IMG/VR virus record: IMGVR_UViG_3300008216_000009
Coordinates: 31,607-95,606 of that record
DNA from: a virus
Direction: 5' to 3' (one strand)
DNA: 64,000 nt
The stretch's first letter is position 1. Each line of letters starts with the position of its first letter. The notes beneath the pieces were generated by a model. It had not been told where the DNA came from and searched no databases. It was given only the letters and a program-made list of their open reading frames with translations. Both the position numbers and the translations under genes were made by a program. Positions 36,472-45,700 of the stretch are shown one piece after another.

Positions 36472-36912
36472 ATGGTAGAGGAGAAGCGGGGACCCGGAAG
36501 GCCCAAGAAGGTACAGGATCAAGGATTGGATGAGGAACAGGGGAATCAGCAGGGAAACGAAGAGGAGTTAAAAGAGGGGACGGATCCCTCTGTACTTTTT
36601 GCTGATTCGATTGAGCATAGTCTGGAGTTGCAGTATCAAGGCAAGAAGTGGACTTTTTATTACAGGGACATGACCTGGGGTGAAAAGAACGAATGCGTAG
36701 ATGCTGCTCAGGTATGGGATAGCGGAGATTTCAGCTTTTCTATATCTAAATACTATGTAATGGCTCTACAGAAGATGCTTATTCGAAGCCCTGTCCGACC
36801 CATAACAGAGACTACTCTGTCACGGTTAAATCGTGAAATAGGGGAAGCTCTAACTTCCATCGTTCCTAACCCGATGGAGGTGGGTACGGTTGAAGCAATA
36901 AAAAAAGTATAG
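36472..36912 (+). CDS. tail assembly chaperone (gpG-like)
   Basis: Between tail tube and TMP; ends at a slippery A-run. Confidence 0.8.
   Translation: MVEEKRGPGRPKKVQDQGLDEEQGNQQGNEEELKEGTDPSVLFADSIEHSLELQYQGKKWTFYYRDMTWGEKNECVDAAQVWDSGDFSFSISKYYVMALQKMLIRSPVRPITETTLSRLNREIGEALTSIVPNPMEVGTVEAIKKV
36900..36907 (+). other. programmed -1 frameshift site A_AAA_AAA(G)
   Basis: Zero frame ATA AAA AAA GTA TAG; the -1 frame (AGT ATA GAG GAT GAA GAT AAT GTA GCG GTA ATG) is open into ORF 36936-37211. Confidence 0.85.
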
Positions 36913-37211
36913 AGGATGAAGATAATGTAGCGGTAATGCGGTACAAGATGGAGATTCTGCTCCGGTTTTCGGGCTATACAATGGAGGAAGTGCACTCCAT
37001 GTCCGAAGAAGGTGTGTGGAAAAGGTGGTTTGCAGCATCTTCATTTTGGCAAGAAACGCTAGGTGCTATCTTCGGTGGCTTGGGTTTGGGAGACGGATCG
37101 AGTGGATCCACCCCTCCTATGCCTAATTTAGACCCCCCTTCTAGCCCCAAGTCTCCATTTCAGGGGACTCAGGGGTCGAGTAGTACTCCTTATCAATTTC
37201 CCAATTCGTAA
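36900..37211 (+). CDS. gpT-like extension of the tail chaperone, expressed as a G-T fusion
   Basis: In the -1 frame of the slippery site; G.T.EEV..M.....W motif typical of gpT segments. Confidence 0.75.
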   Translation, partial: KKSIEDEDNVAVMRYKMEILLRFSGYTMEEVHSMSEEGVWKRWFAASSFWQETLGAIFGGLGLGDGSSGSTPPMPNLDPPSSPKSPFQGTQGSSSTPYQFPNS

Positions 37212-37247
37212 TTGTATTTAAATTTGTATTTTTAGTGGGAGCATAGA

Positions 37248-39956
37248 ATGGTTACTGCAGAGGGCACGTTAAATGTAGTCCATAAGATAGGGCAGGGCTT
37301 GGGTGAGTTTATGGGGGGTGCCAAGCTAGCGGGCCAGGGCAAACAACCCGAAAAAACGCCAACGGGCATGGGTATGGCTGGCGGCATGGGCATGAAGGCA
37401 TTGCTGGGTACTGAAGGTTTCGGCGGCCTCAAGAAAACGATGGTGGGAATGTCTGGTCCCATTGGTAAGATGGGTGGGGCGATGATGAAGGGTGGGGTTA
37501 TAGGCATAGCTACTGGGGCTATAACCGGGATAATGAGCATACTCTCTAAAGCTCTTGGTAGCAGTTCTATTTTTACTGGGGTAGCGGCCCAGTTCTGGAA
37601 AATTGCTGGTGTCATGGTGGATATGCTATTGATGCCACTTCTTCCTTATATGATGAAATTTATTCAGTGGATGATGTCCTCTGTTATGCCACAGATTATG
37701 AAGATATCTAGTGCTATTGGTAAGGCTTTAGATGGAGATATAGGGCCATTACTGTCGGCACTTGGTAGTTGGTATAAATTCATTTTTATGGATATCTACG
37801 CTAGGATTTTAAATGGTTTTGGAAGATTTCTTTTGGATATAATCGTTGTAGCCTTTAAAAACGCAAATCCATTACAGAAAGACACGACACTTAAGGAATA
37901 TAGGGCAGAGAGGAAACAGAAGGAAAAGAAAGCAAAAGAGGAAAGTATTACTGGTGAAACGGGAACCCATAAAGAGGCTTGGGCACAAACCAAGCATCAA
38001 GCTAAGACAGATCTGCAAAATCTTGCAAAACCTTTTGTTGCTATAGGCAGCAAAGTACGAGAATTTGTCTCAAATATGGAATCGGAGGCCGACAAAACTG
38101 AAACGGGTTTAACCAAGTTTGTGGATAAGGAGAAGAATACTGGTAAGTCTTTTTGGAGTAGATGGTCGAATATCATGTATAAGTTCAGTATTCTTCCCAA
38201 TATTAAAAAAGATACTGAAGGATTTATGACAAATATATCCGATGAGTCGGGCGGTGTCAGAGATTTTCTTTTTGGTTGGATCGGGAAAATAAATTGGGGT
38301 ATTTTTGGAGCCATTGGAGGTAAAATTAAGGACGCTGCTTCGGCAGTATGGGGGTCTATCTCTGGATTCTTTACAGGAACAGGTGCTGATGGAGAAGAAG
38401 TATCTCCTTCTATCCCCGGCATACTTTCTAAATTAAATCCTCTTAATTGGTTTCCCAAGTTGACGGATTTTGGTGCGGGAATTGCGAGCTTTATTTCAAA
38501 TGCAGCTTCGTCAGCATGGGGAGCTATTACGGGGTTCTTTACTGGCACAGATTCGGAAGGCAAACAAGCATCTCCCTCCATCCCTGGCATACTTAGTAAG
38601 CTAAATCCCTTGAATTGGTTCCCAAAGTTACTTGATATAGATATTTTTGGCACGGTATGGGGCGCAGCCACGGGTGTGTGGAATGCCATTAAGGGATTCT
38701 TTACTGGTAAAGATGGGGACGGTAAAGCTGTATCTCCCTCTATAACTGGCATACTTCCAGATATTCCCAGTCTTGGTGACATAATAAGCGGTATGGGAGA
38801 CATTGCTGGAATAATAAAGCAAAAAGCGGTAGACATATGGAATGGGGTTAAAAAATGGTTCACTGAGACTCTTCCTGGAATGATACCTGGTATGGGTAGT
38901 TTTTCAAAGGAAGTTGAATATGAGATGCCCGGTGGAGCGACAATCACAACTTTTACAAAGGGTTCAGGAATTCTGGGTGCTCTTGAGAAGGTATTTGGTG
39001 TTGCAATGGATATTGCAGGAAAGGTGAAAGAATTCGCTCAGAAAATTTGGGATGGGGTTAAAACATTCTTTACTGAGACGTTGCCCGGTAAGATTCCATC
39101 GTGGTCTGAGATTGTAGATAAAGTAAAAGAGGTCTGGGCAGCTACTACAGATTTTGCTGGAGATGTGGGTACGTCGGTAAAGGAATGGGCAAAGGGTCTC
39201 TGGGGTAGTTGGAGTGACAAGACGGGCATTGCTGGGATAATTCCCAACATGATAGACAAACTAAAAAGTATAGATGTTATGGGATCTATCGGAGATCTTT
39301 TTAAAATTCAGGTTGAAGGTACTTGGTCGGAGATGGGCAAGCTTCAGGACAAGTTTGGTGGGACTAAGTCGTATAAAGGTAAAGAGGACGGGAAATATAT
39401 ATATGAGTTGGAGCTAGGTGTAGGAGATATACTCAAATTAATGGGTTCAATGGTAAAAGATCAGGCCATGAGACCCATAAACTGGTTAAAGGAAAAATAT
39501 AATGCTTTAAAGACCTTCATGGCTGGTATTTCGCTGCCCGATCTGTCGTGGAGTAGTATCAAAGACACATTGAAGGACATGGTTAATCTTCTTATTGGAG
39601 GAATAAATAAGGCTATACTGTGGCTTATAGAGAAATGGAATAATACTATCGGTCTAATAAAAATTCCATTCACAGATTGGGGGTTTAAAATAGACAATCC
39701 CGAATCTTATCAAATACCCACGTGGCATACGGGTGGTATTGTCCCTGGGGGGCCGGGTTCTCAAATTCCAGCTATGTTGCAGGGTGGTGAGCAAGTGATC
39801 CCCCGCAGTCAGAGGCAAAATCAGGGAAGTGGTGGGGGAACTAATCAAGTATTTAATATAAGTATCAGTAGTACTTTTTCTCCCGGAGACATAATTAAGA
39901 GCATTACTCAATCGGGGGCTACGGATGAGATAGCCTATCTTAATACAGTGGGTTAG
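37248..39956 (+). CDS. tape measure protein
   Basis: 902 aa, helical with periodic W/F, hydrophobic segment, three GFFTG.D..G...SPSI.GIL repeats, C-terminal HTGGIVPG...AMLQGGEQVIP. Confidence 0.9.
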   Translation: MVTAEGTLNVVHKIGQGLGEFMGGAKLAGQGKQPEKTPTGMGMAGGMGMKALLGTEGFGGLKKTMVGMSGPIGKMGGAMMKGGVIGIATGAITGIMSILSKALGSSSIFTGVAAQFWKIAGVMVDMLLMPLLPYMMKFIQWMMSSVMPQIMKISSAIGKALDGDIGPLLSALGSWYKFIFMDIYARILNGFGRFLLDIIVVAFKNANPLQKDTTLKEYRAERKQKEKKAKEESITGETGTHKEAWAQTKHQAKTDLQNLAKPFVAIGSKVREFVSNMESEADKTETGLTKFVDKEKNTGKSFWSRWSNIMYKFSILPNIKKDTEGFMTNISDESGGVRDFLFGWIGKINWGIFGAIGGKIKDAASAVWGSISGFFTGTGADGEEVSPSIPGILSKLNPLNWFPKLTDFGAGIASFISNAASSAWGAITGFFTGTDSEGKQASPSIPGILSKLNPLNWFPKLLDIDIFGTVWGAATGVWNAIKGFFTGKDGDGKAVSPSITGILPDIPSLGDIISGMGDIAGIIKQKAVDIWNGVKKWFTETLPGMIPGMGSFSKEVEYEMPGGATITTFTKGSGILGALEKVFGVAMDIAGKVKEFAQKIWDGVKTFFTETLPGKIPSWSEIVDKVKEVWAATTDFAGDVGTSVKEWAKGLWGSWSDKTGIAGIIPNMIDKLKSIDVMGSIGDLFKIQVEGTWSEMGKLQDKFGGTKSYKGKEDGKYIYELELGVGDILKLMGSMVKDQAMRPINWLKEKYNALKTFMAGISLPDLSWSSIKDTLKDMVNLLIGGINKAILWLIEKWNNTIGLIKIPFTDWGFKIDNPESYQIPTWHTGGIVPGGPGSQIPAMLQGGEQVIPRSQRQNQGSGGGTNQVFNISISSTFSPGDIIKSITQSGATDEIAYLNTVG

Positions 39957-39958
39957 AC

Positions 39959-41593
39959 ATGGCTGGTGAAACTAAAGTAATTTTACAGGCGGCTAGTGAT
40001 GCATGGATGGGAGTACGTGCAGATATTACTGCTATTCATATCGCTAATGGATATGGGGCCACGTCTCAGATACCACTGATACAGCTTAGTAATGGTTTGT
40101 GCATACCGAATGGAACTCACATACAGATAGCCGATAGTTTAGAGCCTGGTTTAAACGGCAATGTTTATCGAGTATCGAATTACCCAGGACATCTCAGTAC
40201 CAGCTATTTCAATGGGAGCGATTTTTATTTAAGGGCCACAACTGGACACCCAGAAACAAGTGCATCAGTAATTGGTTTTGATGCAAGTGCTAGAGGGGCG
40301 GGGGGTGAGGTGGTGTGGTTTTTTGACGATGATGACCCTCGTAAGATGTATGGTCTTCCCTACCATTATGTAACTCATAAGGGAACTCATCAGGCGGCCT
40401 GGACTACTGGATCTCAGGCGGCGAGAAGTCGTAAATTTGCAGTTGATAATGATTACGGGCCGGAATTGACTGGTCAAGAATTTATATACAGAACAAAATG
40501 GGATTGGATAGCCCCAGCTTCTGCATCTTCGGGTGGTGGAGCGATACCCGGATATGGATTTGCTGACAGATCGGACTCATTTAAGACAGGGGGAACTCTT
40601 GTCTCCAAGTGTGAGGCCGTTAGTGGAGAAAATTATGAGGCTATAATCCACACTAATGCGCCTCATGGGGCAGAATCTGGAGATCTCTTTACTACTAGAG
40701 ATTTTAATGTGAATAAATTAGGTTCTTTAGTGGTCGATATTGGGAGCGGTAATGTAAATACTATTCCAGACGTTACTTCCGTATTCCAGGTGTACTCTGT
40801 TCTTGATAAGCTGAGATTTACTGCCCACAAAACTGCCAATCAGAATCTCAAGACTCATTTAGCTCTTGATTGCACTACTACGGGTACTGCTACTTTTGGT
40901 GCAAGTAGAGGAGCCAAAGTAGTGTTTCCAGGAAAATCAACTCATTCCGATGAGTATTACTCAACTCCTTCTAGGATGCCCACTACTACTAAATTTCAGT
41001 TGAATGTGACCGATATTTCTCATTCGTTTAATGACATGGTAACTGTAACCCCGATGATGAAAACTTCTTGGGATGGGAAGCTTCACGAACAGATTCAAAC
41101 TCTTGGATATAGCATTGGAATGAGAAAAGAGACCATGAAGCTCAGTGGAACTATGAGAGATACTGGCAATATAAGTGCTACCAACCTTAGAAAACAGGTT
41201 TTGATGAATATTTGTCGTACTCAGTGGTTGAAGATATCCGGTTTTTGGGGAGGTAAACCAGGGGTTAATAAAGGTAACGGATATCTGCATTCTAGTCCAG
41301 ACAACACGAATTTTAAGGGCAAGGGTAATTCGGGTCCAGTAAATCCCAGATCTTATCCCTGTCTAACTATATATGATCCGACTGATCAGAGTTCCAGCAA
41401 TAATCTGTTGGTAGATTTAAACCCTGATTCGGGATACAACATATATCGAGGGATAATAAAAAGTCTGTCTTTTACTCAGGTGGGGGGAAAACCTGATATA
41501 TGGGATTGGTCTATGGATTTTGTGATTATGAGTAATGAAAAACCAGCATCAGGAACTTTGGATTATGAGGCTCCAGAGGAGGGGGAAGGTTAA
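39959..41593 (+). CDS. distal-tail (Dit-like) protein with N-terminal extension, paralog A
   Basis: Follows TMP; C-terminal domain shares motifs with the next gene. Confidence 0.6.
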   Translation: MAGETKVILQAASDAWMGVRADITAIHIANGYGATSQIPLIQLSNGLCIPNGTHIQIADSLEPGLNGNVYRVSNYPGHLSTSYFNGSDFYLRATTGHPETSASVIGFDASARGAGGEVVWFFDDDDPRKMYGLPYHYVTHKGTHQAAWTTGSQAARSRKFAVDNDYGPELTGQEFIYRTKWDWIAPASASSGGGAIPGYGFADRSDSFKTGGTLVSKCEAVSGENYEAIIHTNAPHGAESGDLFTTRDFNVNKLGSLVVDIGSGNVNTIPDVTSVFQVYSVLDKLRFTAHKTANQNLKTHLALDCTTTGTATFGASRGAKVVFPGKSTHSDEYYSTPSRMPTTTKFQLNVTDISHSFNDMVTVTPMMKTSWDGKLHEQIQTLGYSIGMRKETMKLSGTMRDTGNISATNLRKQVLMNICRTQWLKISGFWGGKPGVNKGNGYLHSSPDNTNFKGKGNSGPVNPRSYPCLTIYDPTDQSSSNNLLVDLNPDSGYNIYRGIIKSLSFTQVGGKPDIWDWSMDFVIMSNEKPASGTLDYEAPEEGEG

Positions 41594-42672
41594 TGGCTCC
41601 CGTCTCAAATGAAGGATTGAAAGGTTTAGAGTGGAAAGTTGTTCTTTCCACTATCAGTGACTGGGAAGATTGGGTTACTAATGATGGTGTACAGACGTTA
41701 GCCGTGCCCGCATTTGGTCTTGATGATCCCAAGGCCGAAGAATTTGGAGATTACATATTAGAAGAGGCCGATAATACTCAATATACAGTAGCCAATACCG
41801 ATGATTTAGGAAAGTTACAGCAACCCAATCATTATCAAGATAGTCTCCACAGGTATGTCATAGACAAGACAGCTAGGGCTGCCCAGTCTGGTTATAGCGG
41901 GACTGCAGCGGATATTGAATTTGAACTCGATGTCTCAACTATTACTCATAGTTGGCAGGGACTTTCATCCCCTATGGATCTGATAGCTATAAACCCTTTT
42001 TGGAATCAAGAGGGTCAAGATATGGAAAAAATGGCTACTGTTGTCTATCAAATGAATCAATTAACTATGGATTTGGGGATGATGTCTGAAAGTATAACCC
42101 TAAGGGGTACTCTTATTGACAGGGACAATCCTCCCCATCAAACGGCTTCTGGAGCACCTCATGTTCGTAAGCAACAGTTGCTTGATATGGCTAGGGGTCA
42201 ATGGATAGGTAATCAGGGTGTTGGTACTGATCCAGACGAAAAACAAACAAATATGATGACTCCGAATCGCTGGTTGTCTCTAACCATAGGACGTGCCCAT
42301 AGCAGAACTCAAAAAGATGAAGAAAACAACTATGTTGAAAAGTTCTGGGATGGAGATGAACCTTCTAATGATTTTCGGGGGAAAGAGCGTTTGAGAACTG
42401 ATAATGCTCCTACTAGTACAGCCAATAATGGCAATAGAAAAGCTTTGACATACGGTAATAACCGTTATCCCGCAGAGGATTCATGGGTAGATGATCATGT
42501 TCTGAGGGATTGGGACTATAAGATGCATTATGACGGGCGTAATCGGTATAGGGGGGCAATAAGATCTCTTCAATTGAGTTTGAAGGGAGGTAGGCCTGAT
42601 ATTTGGGATTTCAACATAACTTTTTCGGTAGTTAAGAATGAGACTATTATTAGAAATTTAGAGACCGAATAG
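41593..42672 (+). CDS. distal-tail (Dit-like) protein, paralog B
   Basis: E...L.GT..D, RKQ.L, QW, YRG.I.SL, GG.PDIWD shared with 39959-41593. Confidence 0.6.
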   Translation: MAPVSNEGLKGLEWKVVLSTISDWEDWVTNDGVQTLAVPAFGLDDPKAEEFGDYILEEADNTQYTVANTDDLGKLQQPNHYQDSLHRYVIDKTARAAQSGYSGTAADIEFELDVSTITHSWQGLSSPMDLIAINPFWNQEGQDMEKMATVVYQMNQLTMDLGMMSESITLRGTLIDRDNPPHQTASGAPHVRKQQLLDMARGQWIGNQGVGTDPDEKQTNMMTPNRWLSLTIGRAHSRTQKDEENNYVEKFWDGDEPSNDFRGKERLRTDNAPTSTANNGNRKALTYGNNRYPAEDSWVDDHVLRDWDYKMHYDGRNRYRGAIRSLQLSLKGGRPDIWDFNITFSVVKNETIIRNLETE

Positions 42673-42704
42673 GATTACTATTATAATTTTGGAGAAGTAG
42701 ATTT

Positions 42705-45700
42705 ATGGCTTTTTCAGGCACACGATTCCAACGGTCTGGGGGACGGATAGTAGACGGGACTGACACTGTTTACCCATCCAATCTGACTCTTAAAGGTTCA
42801 GAGGGGTGGATTACAGAAGATGCTCTTGTAACTGTCTCTATTTCAGATAGCCTTGGTTTGCGTGGTCGTGTATGCAGGGTCGCCATAAGTAACCCTCAGA
42901 ATTTTAAAGACAATATCTATTCTGTGATGCACAGGGTACGAGTTTTAGATGAATTTGGGCTAGTTATTTTTTCTGGCAGGATAGTAGATATACGCCCAGA
43001 ATTTGGTCGATCTGAATTACATATAACTTGCGTTGATTATCTGGGAGATATTTCTGATAGAACAGTTGTGGCTGATGGAGACGGTGGAAGCTATTCTGGG
43101 AAATCAAGAACTCATATTGTAAATCAGATTCTATATAACGAGACTTATCGAAACACGGCTCTTTCTTTTACTGTAAATTCGAACGTTTTTCTGGTTTATG
43201 TGGATCACATTAGAACTCTTTTATCCAGAGTAAAGACAGATCCATCTAACTATATAGAAAAATTAACCTCTAAGTATGCTACCAAGGATAACTGGACTGA
43301 TGATAGTGTAAGCACGAGTGGCCCCGGTGCCCTTAATCCAGATACTCCCTTTAAGTACGACTATAGGGGAATAAAAACTGGATTAGAGGCTATCCAGGAT
43401 CTGGCATCTGCTGATAATCAACAAGATTTGATGGTTCTGGGTACTGTTAGTGATACGTATGTGAGACCTGATTTAGGAATAAATCAGGCAACTACATTTA
43501 CTCGTCATTGGAAAGATTTTACTGCCGACATAAACGAGGGTGAAGCGGCTTTCATACCCTTACATAATTCTGCTGCGTATAACATGTTGTACATAGGAAG
43601 TAATTCTAAATTCAATGGAGTTACTTATACGTTCCACCAACGTGGAAATTCTATGGAAGATAGTGATTATGGGTCAATGACCTGGCAGTATTGGGACGGA
43701 ACTGCTTGGCACAATTTCACTCCCCATCATGATAATAATTTCGAGGCTATTGCTAATGATAACTATGGGTACACCGCTTGGGACCACACTCGTCTATATA
43801 ACTGGCAACGACGGGATCTAGCAGCTACCAAAGATTTAGCTTTAAATTTTGGTGCGGGAACGAATTATGTATATGACACAAGTGCCAATACTGATAAGGC
43901 TACATCTAATATTAATAGTAGTGGTGTTTTGGTTAAGGGTGATGAGGTAGAGAGTGAGGGGTTTGATGAGGATATGGGGGTAAGTGCTGGAACCGCTCAT
44001 GGTTTGGTAGACAGTACTTATAGATATTGGGTAAGAGTGGGAGTTGCTTCTATTACAACCCGGGGACGGATAGCAACATTAAAACTTTACACTGATCGAT
44101 CAGATTCTACCGATTCCCGCAGGGGAATAAAGACTCTGGTCCGTGATTTTCGTAGTACGGATTCAGTATTCCCCGATGCTATTTGGAAATACACGACTCC
44201 TACAGATGCTGATATGGATGCTGGGGGGACGTGGAGTGATGAGGGGAGAAACACCTCAAATGTGAGAGTTTTGTGGAGTGATGGAAATTCCGAATCTTCT
44301 ACTTTTTGTGCAAGTAGGCAAGAAAAGTGGTTCCTAGGTACTGAGGAGCCTCATAGTGGTTTTGAGCTTCATGCTACTCAAGGATCGAAACTCTCTATTT
44401 CTTTTATAGGAACCAGTACTGGCGACGACATTAAAATTTCAACCGATGATGTTCATGGATTGGCTACTGGAGATTATGTACTTATAGCGGGTTCCGATTG
44501 TGAACCTATAATTGATAATTTTTTGGGTAAAATCACCAACGATGCCGGAACTTCGGTTGATTCTAAGCCTTATGCGGTTACAGTTGTCAACACTACTACT
44601 TTCACCATAGACATAACGGCGAGTATAACTGGAGATTTGACGGTGACCGAGTCAGGTGAATCTGGTTTTGTTGTGACTGGAATACCTAATTATTCTCAAT
44701 ATTTGGGTTGGTATTATTGGGATGCTACTAATGGCGATTGGCAGAACTGGGATACTGGTAGTGCTGGTACGACTGCTACTATTAATGTTGATTCTTCTTC
44801 AGGTAATGGTCTAGATAGGGAACACTGGACATGGGATAGAGGCGCACCTGGGCCTATTCCGCATTGGTATGCTGAGGTTCGTTTTAATACTCGAACTATG
44901 GCTACTGGGGGTATGGCTGACAACATTAAAGAGGATTTCGGTATTAATACTCCAATGGCCCATTCTGGGCTGAATTTCGATCAGGATTACCGTGTTTCGC
45001 CCTTTGCTGGAGACTCTACGGAGTTTTTACCTTCAATCGCTGTAACCATTGCTAGTGTAGCTGATACTGGAGATACAACGAGGTTAACTACCTCCGCTGC
45101 CCATACTTTGAAGGTGGGTGATTGGGTAAAACTATCTAGTACAGGCACTACTCCTAAGATAGATGGTATTTATGAGATATCCGCTATAAATCAGGCCAGT
45201 GGCACTAATTTTGATATACGTGATTTAGCTGTAACTGGTACTGGAGCAGTGACATGTACTGGTTATACCTATCCTCCTAACGGTAAATCTTTATATTGGA
45301 CAAAGATTCAATGGTTGACTCCTACGGCCCCTACTAATCCAGCAGAACTTGTCAGTATTCGTACTGCAGATCAGGCCCATTTGAAGTATTACGACAGGGG
45401 TAAAGAGCCTTGGAAGGTTAATAGGGGTACGGCAAGTACTTTTACTGCTACTGCTGCGGGTCGTTATGGGTGGGCTGGGACAGCTTCAAGCTGCCAAACA
45501 CCACTAGATTTCTTTGCTATGCATGATGCAAGTACGAATCTGCTTGAGAGTAACTCTTTGAGCCTATCTGCGGTTTCTATGCTCAGTGGGAGTCATACTG
45601 ATAGTGTAACTACTCTAACCTTAGAGTCGGGTAGTGCTTTTTATACTCAGGCTAATGCTGATTTCCCCACTACTGGCTCAGTAGAGCTATACGATCCAAC

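Noticed and set aside
18825-39911. Numerous minus-strand ORFs (e.g. 23870-24451, 28944-29594, 37997-38947)
   Set aside because: They are antisense shadows of long + strand genes with biased codons, and have no motifs or RBS.
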